A DNA stretch of 63,842 nucleotides from Podarcis bocagei (Eukaryota): NCBI GenBank assembly GCA_964188305.1, contig OZ076887.1; one strand, given 5' to 3'. The notes beneath the pieces are model-generated. The model did not search any database, had not been told where the DNA came from, and saw only the letters and a program-made list of their open reading frames with translations. This document shows, one piece after another, positions 50,893 to 63,746 of this stretch (position 1 is its first letter; each line of letters begins with the position of its first letter). Both the position numbers and the translations under genes were made by a program.

Positions 50893-51134
50893 CAGTGGTA
50901 CCTCGGGTTAAGTACTTAATTCGTTCCGGAGGTCCGTTCTTAACCTGAAACTGTTCTTAACCTGAAGCACCACTTTAGCTAATGGGGCCTCCTGCTGCCG
51001 CCGCGCCACCAGAGCACGATTTCTGTTCTCATCCTGAAGCAAAGTTCTTAACCTGAAGCACTATTTCTGGGTTAGCGGAGTCTGTAACCTGAAGCATATG
51101 TAACCTGAAGCGTATGTAACCTGAGGTACCACTG
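50893..51134. mobile_element. Tc1/mariner (Tigger-like) MITE, 242 bp, uninterrupted
   Basis: TIR CAGTGGTACCTC(G/A)GGTTA, TA TSD (50891-92, 51135-36) and internal TAACCTGAAGC repeats. Confidence 0.95.
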
Positions 51135-52165
51135 TACTTTAATGTGTGTGTGTTGGGGGGAGGATGGAGATGTTAGTACTTCATCCTGATGCATGCCATC
51201 AGAAAAAGAGCAGTAGATATTATAGGTTGTTGTTTTTTGTTTATTTAAAATTCACAGCAGATAGAGATTTACTATCTTGACTACTCTACATTTGCTTTGA
51301 TTATGTGTGTGTACTGTGGAAGTTGTTGGGTTAATTGTCACATTTCCCCCATTATTAATGAGAAACTTTGGCTGCCATACAGCCTTTCTAGGGAAAGAGG
51401 GCCAGTGGCTCCCCATACCTGGACCATGGATGAATCTAATGGTCTGACTCGGTAAAAGGCAGCATCCTATGTTCCTGTGAAATATTCCCATTCATGTAGG
51501 AGAAACCACAATTTTGATTAAGTTCTTCTCTTTTATTATTATACTGCTCAAAGAAGTAGACCTCCTGCATGAAAAGCTTATTCATGAGGATTTGCCAGTT
51601 GCAACGATGTTTGCACCGGCTCATATTCAGTATATTTGTAGGGTTTCTCTCTGTCTCACTCTCTCCTGTGACCTTCTCTCTCAGTATCTGATCATGGTCA
51701 CTTTGCCATGAAAAGCATTGAATATGTGTAGGGAAGAAGGAAACCTCAAGAGCAGAGTGGTTGGAGAAGTTGGTTCTAAGCAGTGCATTAAAGTGGAGAA
51801 GATCCATCAGCACAATTTAGTGAGTGCCAGTCACATCCAAACCCTAAAACTTGTGGGTTTTCAAACACAGTACTAAAAACAAGCCTAGGTCTTTGAAAAG
51901 GAATTGTTATTTGTTTGCATACATGAATGTTGTTAATGGAAGTTCTCTAATGCTGCCATTATGCTAGAGTTACAGAAATGAGATGTAGAAAAATAAAAGC
52001 AAAGCCCCCAATCCTGATTAACTGTGCAGTCCTGTGGTAGCAAGTCCCACTGCATCCAATGGGGCTTAGAGTAGGCCCATTGAATTCAATAGATGACTTT
52101 GTGCTCGCTGATTACTCATTATCAAGTATTTTTATAGGATGGTTGACCAGAGATTCCTTTAAACT

Positions 52166-52764
52166 TTTTTTTTAATAAATTTTTTTATTAGTTTTACATT
52201 TTTTTATGAACAATACAAACAAACAAATAAAAAGACAAACAAACATGTATAATTTCATATCCTTTTTTCATAAACCTCACTTCTCGGACTCCCCCAAACC
52301 TCCCCTTTCTACATCCCAAATTTCAAAATTATTTCAACAAATCCTAAATTTAATCTTATCAAATATATTCCTTCATTATTCTTTTCTTTAACTTAATCTT
52401 TTGTTGCTGTAATCTCCTTTTCTTTCTAAAAAACCTCAACATTTTAGCATTCATCAATTTTGTAGTATTTCTTAAGATAAATTGTAAATTTCTTCCAATC
52501 TTCTTCCGCCGTCTCTTTCCCCTGATCACGGATTCTGCCAGTCATTTCAGCCAATGTCATATAGTCCATCACCTTCATCTGCCATTCTTCCAGAGTGGGT
52601 AGATCCTGCGTCTTCCAATACTTTGCGATAAGTATCCTTGCTGCTGTGGTAGCATACATAAAAAAAGTTCTGTCTTTCTTTGACACCAATTGGCCGACAA
52701 TGCCCAAGAGAAAGGCCTCTGGTTTCTTAGGGAAGGTACATTTAAGTACCTTTTTCATTTCATT
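52166..52764 (-). mobile_element. L1-clade LINE, 5'-truncated 3' end (ORF2 C-terminus, 3' UTR, poly-A)
   Basis: ORF 52444-52758 (AARILIAKYWK...PTLEEW...DWKKF) followed by AATAAA and an A-tail. Perfect 17-bp TSD AGAGATTCCTTTAAACT (52149-65, 52765-81). Confidence 0.92.
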
Positions 52765-53785
52765 AGAGATTCCTTTAAACTGGCCCTTAATTTAGAAGAG
52801 AACTGAGATGAGAGCCAGCCTCATCATTTGTGAATGCTGAGAATTCAGCCTCTGAAATGAAACAAAGTTTTCATTAAAACAGACAAGAAGCCAGAATAAC
52901 TGAAGCAGCAAATAAAAGAAGAGAGTGGGGGAAAGTATTGATTGTTATGCTGAAGTAAAAAAGAAAACTGTGCATAAAATGTGATAACTTAACAAAACAG
53001 ATTAAGATGGAACAGAGCAAATGGTTTATGGGCTACTAGCTGCAGTAGATCATACAATTTGGGAATTGAGGCTTTGTAATGGTAATGGATTTAGAGGGAA
53101 CATTTGGTTATTACTATTGATGTAGCATATCTTTTCGAATAATTGCTTTACAGTTCTTAATTATTTCATTTTCAAAAAAGTATTGGGAGGCAGTTCGTTA
53201 AAAGGGTAATCCTAGAGTTACTGGAAGAACCACAGTATCAGCGAGGGATATCTGATCTCAGAAGAGCTTACCTTTCTAATGCTATTGACACCTCCAAAGC
53301 ATGTGTCCAGCTGGTGTCAGAACTCCGATATCAGAAATGCCCCAAAGAGGGAATTCTGGTGTGTGTGTGTGCGTGTGTGTGCGTGTGTGTGCGTGCGTGT
53401 GCTGAGGCATGCCAGGAAGTAGATGGACTCTAAAAGATCCTAAGTCCTCATAGTCCCCTGGCATGCCCCTAAACCAGAAGAAAAATTAGGCATCCTTTCT
53501 AAATTTCTCAGCCCTCTTTCCCTCACATTGTTTCCAGTGCAAAAGAAAACAGAGGGAAATGGGGTTTTGAGGGTTTCTTTAATGTTGGAAATGCAGATGG
53601 CAGTAGCCTGGAAACCAGCTCATAGCCACCTATTGCACCTATGGTTAGTGGAAGCTAGATTATGGTCTTTCTCCCTGTCCACAGGACTACACTGAAGCAC
53701 TGATTTAATTACGTAAGTATTACATAAGAAGAGTCCTCCGGTTCAGACCAAAGGCCCACCTAGTCTAGCATCCTGTTGTCCGAGT

Positions 53786-54188
53786 CAGGGCCGGATTTAG
53801 GTTTGATGAGGCCCTAAGCTACTGAAGGTAATGGGGCCCTTTATATGTCCAGCTGTCCTTTGTCAACAACAAATTGTCGCTGTTTTTTTGTGTTGAATAT
53901 ATGCTATATGGTAATTTATGGACCTAATAGGTATCTAAAGCCATTTGCACATGAAGAATGTAGGCATCCTGTATATAGAAATGAGCAAACCAGTGATATT
54001 TTAGGGAGCAGGCTAGCAGGCGGGGCCCATTACTTACATCATAGGACCCTACACAACACAAAACACTGTTGCTGTACGTAGGTTTTATTTTATTTGTACA
54101 TCCAGTTTTTCTTCCCTTTAATTTTTTGGGGCCCCCCAAGAGAGTGGGGCCCTAAGCTATACCTTGTTTATACGTAAATCTGGCACTG
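53786..54188. mobile_element. Non-autonomous hAT-type element inserted in a CR1-type 3' fragment
   Basis: TIR CAGGGCCGGATTTA / TAAATCTGGCACTG (12/14) with subterminal GGCCCTAAGCTA repeats. The host repeat resumes on both sides (53722-85, 54189-54320); the TSD is degenerate. Confidence 0.75.
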
Positions 54189-56289
54189 CTCAGAGATGCT
54201 TTTGGTAAGCCCACAAGCAAGACATGAGCGGAAGAGCAGTGTCCCCACTTGTCATCCCTAACAACTACTATTTAGAGGCATGCTGTCTGTACTATTTAGA
54301 AGTAGCATGCAGCCTATTAGGGAGTATTAGCTCATTGGGGTTTTTTTGTGTTTTTAATTCTAGAAGAGCTGACCTATCAATGTTTTTCTTTTATTTTAAC
54401 AGATCTGTCACACCCAGTTTCTGTGATGTTATATTAGGCCACTGATGATGACCTTTGTGTCAAAACACATTTGACATGTGTTTGAAATGCACTACAGAGG
54501 ATTTGGCCTTTAAGGGTTTATTATCGGAATGTTTACATATATGGTCATTACCTTTTTGTAAAAAAACAAAACACTTTCCCCTTACCTCATTAGCTCTGAT
54601 ATTGGTTGCTGAATTAAGACTGGCCTTATGATTATAGCACCTCTTCCTTTCATTGGACATAATTGATGTCACTTATTTTATTCATTGTAGTTTTAGCAAG
54701 CAGCAATTAAAAAAAAGGATACAACACCAGCGCAAGATAGCAAATCAATACAAAATATAAAATTAATGCTTACACAACACAACGAAACTATAATAACTGT
54801 GATTTAAAAAGCAACAAGAAGAATTAGCTTATGAGTCATTATGTACCAAACAGATGACTCCACCATCATGCAAGTATCTGTAGAGGAAAACAGAAAGAGA
54901 TGTCTAAGAACTGGAAAGATATTAGAAATTTGTCAAAAGATCAATAAGCTAAACTAATGATATTTGGGCAGCTTGGCAGGGTACAAAACTTGATTTCCTG
55001 CCTGAATTACAAACTGGAGGCATTGCACAAAAGCTTCCAGACTACAGTTACCTGAATCCATTAATCTCTGATGGGCTAATTGTCTGCCTAAAAGTTAGCC
55101 TCACACTTCAGCTAACCATTGAACCTCATTAGATCAAATGCACTCCACATACCAGCCAGGGTAGCTTTCATTGTTGCTAACAAATACATGTCAATATTTT
55201 TATATCAGCAGACAAAGTGGCATTTCCCAAGTTATTTTTATTTATGTACTTATTTATAAGAAGTGAAGTGTGTAATAGAAATAAAGACATACACCAAGAT
55301 TCAAAAACAAATCTTGAAAACACCAAGTCGCACAATTTCAGTATACATTACAAAATGACTGATTCATACTCAAGGAAGGTCTAGAGGGCACTAGGTTGGG
55401 GAAGCGCGGCTTGTCAATATATAAAAACCTTTGGCCAGTATATGGAAAGTTTTATACGCAGGTACTGTTTGAAAGAAAAACAAACACTTTGGAATAATAG
55501 CTGTCATTTTAAATGCATTTATCCTACCTAACCATGGAAGATTTAATTACTTCCATTGTTAAGAAAGCTTGTCAAGTATTTTCAGATGATTACGCCTCAC
55601 TAAACCAGTGGTGTCAAAAGTGAGTCTGACATCCAAATGCTTCCATGTACCCTGGATCCAATTATAGGAACATTTCTCAGAAATATGTTGTTTAACCTGA
55701 AATGAAACATACATTACCAATATAATTTTAATTGGTTATAATTAATCATTAAGCTGGTTACAGAACGCTGCTCTGTTTTTACACAGGTAGATCTTGTTGC
55801 CAAGGGAGCACTTTTCTTTTCCTTGCGTGTTTCTCTAGCACCTTGACTCAAAAAGTTTCTATTTTTGTCCGGAAAAGTGATCTAGCAGAGGACTGGTCAC
55901 AAAGAGCAAGCAAGCAGCAAGGTTACATTGGCTGTTCCCTAGGACCATAGACTATGGAAGTAGTTTCCACTTCAGTTCAGCAGACAAAGAATGCAAACAA
56001 GCCTTCCTCTCCACTGGTTCCAATCTAATTAAGCTGTATGACATAGCTATGGACAGGCTTCCTAGAGCCCTAAGGAGCAAAGGCATCATACAGGAAGCAT
56101 TGTGAAACCTTCACATTGAATGCATTAGCACCCATTAAGGTGAGGCACCCACATCCTGAAGGATGCAAAAACCATAAACTTTTATACTCACAACCCATAA
56201 TGGGATAAGGAAAAAACCACTGTCATCCCATTCCCTTCATTTCCCATTCCTTTTGTTCACCAAGCAGAGGACATTGGCAGTCTTCATAA

Positions 56290-56640
56290 AAATGTAAGAA
56301 TGCAAAAAGAGGCTGCTGGATCAGGCCAGTGACAGCATCCTGTTCTTACACTGGCCAACCAGATGCCTGTTGGAAACCCATAAGAAGGACCCAAGCTCGA
56401 GAGGTGGATTTAGGGAAATGTGATCAGTTTGGTCCCACTGGGCATGGAGTCTTGCATGCAGAGAGGTGCAGGAGCACAGAATTTTGGCATTGGATGGGGT
56501 GCCGCTGAAATATGAGGCTCCTAAGATCTGCCACTGCAAGTACAAGAGCAATCTTCCCTCCCATGGTTTCCAGCAACTGATATTCAGAAGCATTTCTGCC
56601 TGTGGAGGCAGAACAGAGCCATCAGGGCTAGTATTGGACA
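56290..56640 (-). mobile_element. CR1-type 3' fragment interrupted by a short TIR element (~56400-56536)
   Basis: The host repeat is split by GTGGATTTAGG ... CCTAAGATCTGCCACTG. Confidence 0.55.
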
Positions 56641-58333
56641 GCCTTGCACTCCTAGGAATTCCTCTCCCAGAAATACTGCTTTGTTACACCAGAAGTAAGT
56701 TCTTTCCCCACTCTGAAGTTCCTACTTTCCCTCCATAGGATTCCCTCTTCACCTGAGTTAAGTTAGAAACTTAGAAAGTGGCCTTATATGGAATCTGGCC
56801 ATTGGCCAACCAAGAACAGGAGCCTCTCTCCAATGTTGAGAGAGCTATCACCACGGCACAGGACAGGAACTGGAAGCCGCAAGAGTTTCTTTACCACTGA
56901 GCAACAGCTCTTCCCCATAAGTCTCTCCATCCTGATTCCTTCACATTCCCTTTGTGCATTTGAAAGTTCCCAGTTGGTGCCTGTTTGCCCTCCTTTAATC
57001 TCTTTCTTCCTTCTCTTTTCAGATGACAACAGGTCTCTGGTTTCTTTTGAGCACATTCCTCTTTTTATTAGGTCATGCTGTCTGGGGCTGATGGAGTTCA
57101 ACAACTTCTGGAAGGCCAAAGGCTCCCCATTGCTGATGCATACTATGCACATTTGGCTGTATATACATAGGGGTCAGAGCAAATGACACACTTGAATGTG
57201 CTGAGGCTGCAGCCAGAGCCAGTAGATGTGACCTCAGCCAGTCCTTCCCTGTGCCCTTGTACACAATTGAATAAGGTTCATATTATTACACAGCACCGCT
57301 TCTGCATCAACAATCAGTCTGGCAGCAACAGGAGCACACTGCTACAGAAGAGTCCTGTAAGTCAGCTAAAGTTGCAGATATAGATTTTAATCCATTCGGA
57401 GTGGAGTTTTTCAAGTAACCATGTTAGATGACAGCCTATTTAGAATGCCTCACCTGATGCCATTGGATCACCTATTGCTCACTGTCAAAATGCCTTTCCA
57501 CTAAAAAAAAAAGTGTTTGTCTATATGAATGTCTGTACTTTGTGCATAGCCACATAAGTTCTCAGTGTTACGTTTTCGAATACACCAAGGGGATTAGGCT
57601 TGCAGTTACATCTTGCTGGTCTCATCAGGACTGAGGCGTGCATTGCCAAGTACCATAAAAATGTCTCACATATAAGTCTTTTTAGGAAAGGTAACCATTG
57701 AGACTTGCTTTTCTTGATGTTGGATATCTAGAAAGAAGGGACTGCTAATGCGCAAACTGCAGAAGAAAGAAGGAATCACTCCCTTTCCCTAAGCAGGAAA
57801 TGTGGGGTTCAAAGGGAAATGACATTATTGTTTTCCATTGTTTAACACTATGATGCTGCTGGGCACAGAAGAAATCAAGAGCAAGATGTATTATTGGCCC
57901 AGAATGCATTTGAAAAGAAGGAACTACAGCAGCATGAATTTCTTCCTAGCCACCAATCCTTCAGATCTCAGGGGAAATACATCCTAATCAAGTAATAAAA
58001 CATTCTCTACCGTGACCAGAAGAATCAAGTGAGCAAACTGAGAAGGAATAACTCAACCAAATAATGCAAAACATCCAAGAAAATGGTTTGGATTACAAGT
58101 GTGCATCTTGGGATGGAGGAATGCTTATGGTGGCAATCCTATAGCTGTTTGCCTGAGAGGGATTACTATTAAGCAGACATGTTTAGGTTTGTGATACAAG
58201 TTGCTGATCTGGAATTTTGTCCAGTGTTCATTCTCTTTATTTGTTCTTTTCATTTATTCTATTTAATGTGAGACATTCAAGAATTTTCAAAGCTCTGGCC
58301 AGTTTATATGTAATGCAAGTACCTGTGGCCAGG

Positions 58334-58718
58334 TGTAACAATGATTGCATGGGATTGTCCAAAATATTGTTCTAAGATTCAGAGTTTGGATAGGAGAGGG
58401 TTAAGTGGCCAAGTTTCCAGGCACAACTTTTGTTAGGATTAATAGTCCAAGTTATTCAACCCAGAATTATGGTCTGCTTCTTGATACAGGAAGATGCTAG
58501 GAAAAGTCTTTGGAGATCGGATGTGGGACAGTAGCTTTTGCTGTCCATTGGGAGTGCTTAAACCATGCCTCTATCTATGTTCAACCTGTATATTTGTGAA
58601 TAATCAATTATTGCAAAACACCAAAAACTTCAGTGGCCTCTTTCCAAATAAACAAACCTCATCAAGTGCTGCACCCCTGGAACTTTCCATTGCCTGGAAA
58701 AGAGGGGAGAGTGTAACA
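58334..58718 (+). mobile_element. Possible solo LTR (~385 bp)
   Basis: TGTAACA...TGTAACA (TG..CA) termini with AATAAA near the 3' end. The TSD is only 3/5 (CCAGG/CCATC). Confidence 0.4.
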
Positions 58719-60299
58719 CCATCACATCAAAGGCTATCCTTGCAGCAAGGGCTGTGAATGACCTTCTTTTTAAGCTGCTGTGATCATCACCCAAAATATT
58801 GTCTCCACAGAGATATCCCTTGTATGGAGATGATTTCTCACAAGTGGTGGCTATGCATTAACATGGCCCAATCATTCACGTTCTGTTCAGAAGCTCCTAC
58901 TTGGCATATGAATGGGCTTCCTGGTTGTCATTTATAGTGGCCATCATCTCTAAGAAAGGTAAGATTTTTTTCTGTAGGATGTGAAGAAAGGTAAATGTCT
59001 ATGTGAGAAGAATGACCTAAGCTTAGAAGAAGAAGAACCAGCTGGATGGGCTTTGTACTTTCAGGCAACAGTATAAGAAGAGAGGGATATGTTTCTCTTC
59101 TAGGAGTTGTGAAGTGAAGGAAATGACAGTGCCTGTTTCCCCGAGCATTAGATCTGGGTCTTTGCAAATTCCACGTTTCCATGAGGGTCTCTGCACTATG
59201 GAAGTGAATGGACAATTGAGCTGCAGGACCCATCACTGCCACTGATGCAATTAATGCTCTGAGATCTGCCCGAATATGAGAGCAATATTGGCACCAGCTT
59301 GTTCAATGTCATGCTGCTTCTGATTTGGCAGTTACAAATTACCTTGTAAACTTCATTTCTACTTTCTGTTCACATCTGAGTGGCAGCTTTTGTTAGAATT
59401 TGGTTGTCCTACTTTCCCAACTTCAGTATTCTGACTGTCTTTCTGCGTTGCTATTCAAAGATTGCAGATTAAAATTTGCCTTTTACTTTCATTTGTGTTG
59501 AGACTGGCTGACTTCTATGGTCCATAAGACTAAAGAAATGGGGGGATTACTTTCCCTTTTTATGATAGCTAACCAGCCAATCAAACTGGTTCTGCCAGTA
59601 TGGCGCACCGGCTGCTACTGATGGATCACATTCTAGTCTATTTTTTTCCTGATTCAGCCATACTGCACCACTTTCCACTTGTCTGAATGTGTATACAGTA
59701 CAGTGAAAACCATGGAAGGGGAGAGATTACAGCCAACCTGTGTGTGTTCTTTAAACTTTCTACCTAAACATGTATTAACTATGTCTGGATATGCTCATAG
59801 CTCATAGCATATGCTGCATAGTCTCATGGCTGATAATGATGCACACAGAAGAAGTGTATGTGTTTACTTTTTTGTGTGCATCTTGGTCTCCTTTCATCAC
59901 TTTGTTCTTTAGACACCCCTCATTAAATGCCATTGCTGGATTCCTGCCTGCTCCCAGATCCACCATCAGCTCCTATTCCTTATTTTCAAAGCTTTCAGTG
60001 GTTCTTGCATCTAGCTGCACCACTCTCAGTGATCCAAAGGTCTCCACCTCCTTCAAAAGACTCTGCCCTTTCTCCCTTGCTTCTGCTGCTGCTTGGAACT
60101 GCCTCTCTGAACGCCTCTTTTACTTTCTTCAGATAGCTCTTCAAATATTTTCTTTGGCTCAGTTCCTTAGTTCTCCCACCCTACTGCAATTAAACCTGTA
60201 GCCATGTAGTACACATGTGTGACTGAAACAATCACATATCCTTTCCTAGTTTATACCTGCCTCCATTTTTCTTTTCCTTCCCTGCACCTTCTGGATCAA

Positions 60300-60417
60300 A
60301 CACCATGGAAGTCCCACATAGAGTGCATTGCAATAATCCAGTCTCGAAGTAACCGGTGCATCAGTTCCTGTGGCCAGACTCTCTCGGTCCAAGAATGGCT
60401 GTAGCTATCAAGCCAGT
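60300..60417 (-). mobile_element. L2 fragment (3' side of CR1 insertion site)
   Basis: Translates LQPFLDRESLAT...VTSRLDYCNALYVGLP. Confidence 0.85.
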
Positions 60418-62376
60418 CATAGAATCATAGAATCATAGAATCATAGAATCATAGAATCATAGAATCATAGAATCATAGAGTTGGAAGAGACCACAAGGGC
60501 CATCGAGTCCAACCCCCTGCCAAGCAGGAAACACCATCAGAGCACTCCTGACATATGGTTGTCAAGCCTCTGCTTAAAGACCTCCAAAGTAGGAGACTCC
60601 ACCACACTCCTTGGCAGCAAATTCCACTGTCGAACAGCTCTTACTGTCAGGAAGTTCTTCCTAATGTTTAGGTGGAATCTTCTTTCTTGTAGTTTGGATC
60701 CATTGCTCCGTGTCCGCTTCTCTGGAGCAGCAGAAAACAACCTTTCTCCCTCCTCTATGTGACATCCTTTTATATATTTGAACATGGCTATCATATCACC
60801 CCTTAACCTCCTCTTCTCCAAGCTAAACATGCCCAGCTCCCTTAACCGTTCCTCATAAGGCATCGTTTCCAGGCCTTTGACCATTTTGGTTGCCCTCCTC
60901 TGGACACGTTCCAGTTTGTCAGTGTCCTTCTTGAATTGTGGTGCCCAGAACTGGACACAGTACTCCAGGTGAGGTCTGACCAGAGCAGAATACAGTGGCA
61001 CTATTACTTCCCTTGATCTAGATGCTATACTCCTATTGATGCAGCCCAGAATTGCATTGGCTTTTTTAGCTGCCGCATCACACTGTTGGCTCATGTCAAG
61101 TTTGTGGTCAACCAAGACTCCTAGATCCTTTTCACATGTACTGCTCTCAAGCCAGGTGTCACCCATCTTGTATTTGTGCCTCTCATTTTTTTTGCCCAAG
61201 TGCAATACTTTACATTTCTCCCTGTTAAAATTCATCTTGTTTGTTTTTGCCCAGTTCTCTAATCTGTCAAGGTCGTTTTGAAGTGTGATCCTGTCCTCAG
61301 GGGTGTTAGCCACCCCTCCCAGTTTGGTGTCATCTGCAAATTTGATCAGGATGCCCTTGAGTCCATCATCCAAGTCGTTGATAAAGATGTTGAATAAGAC
61401 CGGGCCCAAGACAGAACCCTGTGGCACCCCACTAGTCACTCTTCTCCAGGATGAAGAGGAACCATTGATGAGCACTCTTTGGGTTCGGTCAGTCATCCAG
61501 TTACAAATCCACTGAGTGGTAGCATAGTCAAGACCACATTTTACCAGTTTCTTTACAAGAATATCATGGGGCACCTTGTCAAATGCCTTGCTGAAATCAA
61601 GGTAGGCTACATCCACTGCGTTCCCTTCATCTACCAGGCTTGTAATTCTGTCAAAAAATGAGATCAGGTTAGTCTGACATGACTTATTTTTCAGAAATCC
61701 ATGCTGACTATTGGTGATCACAGCATTCCTTTCTAGGTGCTCACAGACTGTTTGCTTAATGATCTGCTCCAGAATCTTCCCTGGTATTGATGTCAGACTG
61801 ACTGGGCGGTAATTATTTGGGTCCTCTCTTTTCCCCTTTTTGAAAATAGGGGCAACATTTGCCCTCCTCCAGTCTGCCGGGACTTCGCCTGTTCTCCAGG
61901 AATTCTCAAAGATGACTGCCAGTGGTTCTGAGATCACATCTGCCAGTTCTTTTAATACTCTTGGATGCAGTTCATCTGGCCCTGGAGACTTGAATACATC
62001 TAAACTGGCCAAGTATTCTTGTACTATCTCCTTAGTTATTCTGGGCTGTGTTTCCTTTGCTGAATCATTTGCTCCAAATTCTTCAGGTCGGGCATTGTTT
62101 TCCTTATCGGAGAAGACTGAGGCAAAGAAGGCATTGAGGAGTTCAGCCCTTTCTGTGTCCCCTGTTTGCATTTCACCATCTTCTCCTCTGAGTGACCCCA
62201 CTGTTTCTTTGCTCTTCCTTTTGCTACGAACATACCCATAGAAGCCTTTTTTGTTGCTTTTAACCTCTCTAGCAAGCCTGAGTTCATTCTGTGCTTTAGC
62301 TTTTCTGACTTTGTGTCTACACGTGCTGGCTATTTGTTTGAATTCCTCTTTGGTGGTTTCCCCCCTTTTCCATTTT
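60418..62376 (-). mobile_element. CR1 LINE, young, 5'-truncated (~1.96 kb)
   Basis: Uninterrupted ORF2 RT, CR1 3' UTR and a terminal (ATTCTATG)x7 octamer tail at 60418-60473. Confidence 0.98.
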
Positions 62377-62492
62377 TGGTCAAAGGCACTTCTAGCCACT
62401 GAGATTACCTGAGCTTCCAGTGACCGACCCAGAAGCATCCCCAAACAGCACACCTGCTCCATCAGAGGGAGTGACAGAGCCAGCCTACCCAT
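60537..62492 (-). CDS. CR1 ORF2 reverse transcriptase lacking the endonuclease domain; first 39 aa are L2-derived
   Basis: Motifs [42 protein letters not shown] and [11 protein letters not shown]. Expression is not implied. Confidence 0.9.
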   Translation of the reverse strand: MGRLALSLPLMEQVCCLGMLLGRSLEAQVISVARSAFDQKWKRGETTKEEFKQIASTCRHKVRKAKAQNELRLAREVKSNKKGFYGYVRSKRKSKETVGSLRGEDGEMQTGDTERAELLNAFFASVFSDKENNARPEEFGANDSAKETQPRITKEIVQEYLASLDVFKSPGPDELHPRVLKELADVISEPLAVIFENSWRTGEVPADWRRANVAPIFKKGKREDPNNYRPVSLTSIPGKILEQIIKQTVCEHLERNAVITNSQHGFLKNKSCQTNLISFFDRITSLVDEGNAVDVAYLDFSKAFDKVPHDILVKKLVKCGLDYATTQWICNWMTDRTQRVLINGSSSSWRRVTSGVPQGSVLGPVLFNIFINDLDDGLKGILIKFADDTKLGGVANTPEDRITLQNDLDRLENWAKTNKMNFNREKCKVLHLGKKNERHKYKMGDTWLESSTCEKDLGVLVDHKLDMSQQCDAAAKKANAILGCINRSIASRSREVIVPLYSALVRPHLEYCVQFWAPQFKKDTDKLERVQRRATKMVKGLETMPYEERLRELGMFSLEKRRLRGDMIAMFKYIKGCHIEEGERLFSAAPEKRTRSNGSKLQERRFHLNIRKNFLTVRAVRQWNLLPRSVVESPTLEVFKQRLDNHMSGVL

Positions 62493-62496
62493 AACA
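62377..62496 (-). mobile_element. L2 fragment (5' side of CR1 insertion site)
   Basis: [32 protein letters not shown] aligns with VPLKDQVRSLGDILDSQLSMEAQVSSVSRAAVYQ of the 22 kb L2. Confidence 0.85.
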
Positions 62497-62904
62497 CTGG
62501 GTTAGGCACCTGCCTCAGGTGGCAGTTGTGGAAGAGGTGGCACTCTGCCTGCCCCACTGCTTCTGCCACTGAGAGGGAGTCTTTCTGGCATGCAGTATAG
62601 CCATTTGACTACCCCACCCCTGGGCAGAGAAGCCAAATGAGCAACAACACTTGAAGGAGCACCCATGCTCCCATGGAGTTTGGTGAGAACCAGGGCCTAG
62701 TGACTGCAGAAGTGGGGCACAGCAGGCAGGGGACAGGAGGCACTAATTCCCATTTCTTCTCAGGTGTTGAAATGGGATGGACCATCCCTAGGGAGAGCAA
62801 CCCAATCCAGGGTAGGGAACTAACCAATTTCTCGCACACAGGAGCTACTCACTCACAGTGCTTCCGCCTTGCCAGGATCCAAGCTCAGATTTCACCCCCC
62901 CCCA

Positions 62905-62992
62905 CACACTGAGTCCTGGCAGTGGCTCAGGGACTGCCTGGTTTCCTGATTCAGAAGTTACGGAGAAGTAGAGCTGAGTGTCATCAGCATAC
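62905..62992 (-). mobile_element. L2 RT fragment (YADD)
   Basis: Translates YADDTQLYFS. Order and strand fit the same L2 copy as 62377-62496 and 60300-60417. Confidence 0.8.
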
Positions 62993-63746
62993 ATGTTTTC
63001 GTATGTAACAAAAATTCCATTAAAAAGTTGTTTTAAAAAACCCAACTCATTGTCACACATGCTGCAATATGCATGTTCAGACATTAGTCTTTTGATGCTC
63101 ACAGAAGTATTATGACAAGTGGAAGCTATGATACCATCATATGAGATTAGTACTATGTTTATCATTGCCAAAAGTTGCGATAATAGTGATGGAACCATAG
63201 TGTTGCTCTTAAATAGCAGCTCTTTCCCAAGATCTGGGAAATGCACACCCAACATGAAGATTAAATAAGTCATATTGCCATGGCTTTTTAAGTTAAGTAT
63301 ACTTGCTTCCTACATTAAATGCTGCATTAAGTATATATTCTGGGTTTTTTGCTTTTTTGTTTTAAAAAAACCCCCGCAGTGTTCCTTGCATCACTTTTGA
63401 AAGCACCTAACCCTTTTACATTTATGCAAAAATATAACTGATTAAAAAATATAACAAAAAGCCCCTGCTACTTACAGAATAATAGAAAAACTAGTTAAAT
63501 AACAACAAATTCAACATTAAATCTTTACTATGTGAAAAATGAGGCTGTATAGTGTGCTGGTAGTAATTATCTTGTCTAATGTGACTCAGAGACTCCAGGA
63601 AATGGAAGATGCTTGAATCTTACTTGACTGTTCTGCTCATCATAGAATTACCTGCTCATCAAATGCCATTCAAATCATTATTATGTGGTCTACAAACCTA
63701 CCATTTGATGTCTGGAAAACAGAATTTTTAAAATTATACAGATAGA

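Noticed and set aside
60418-60480. (CATAGAAT)n as a CRISPR-like or novel array
   Set aside because: There are no spacers. It is the standard CR1 3' octamer tail.
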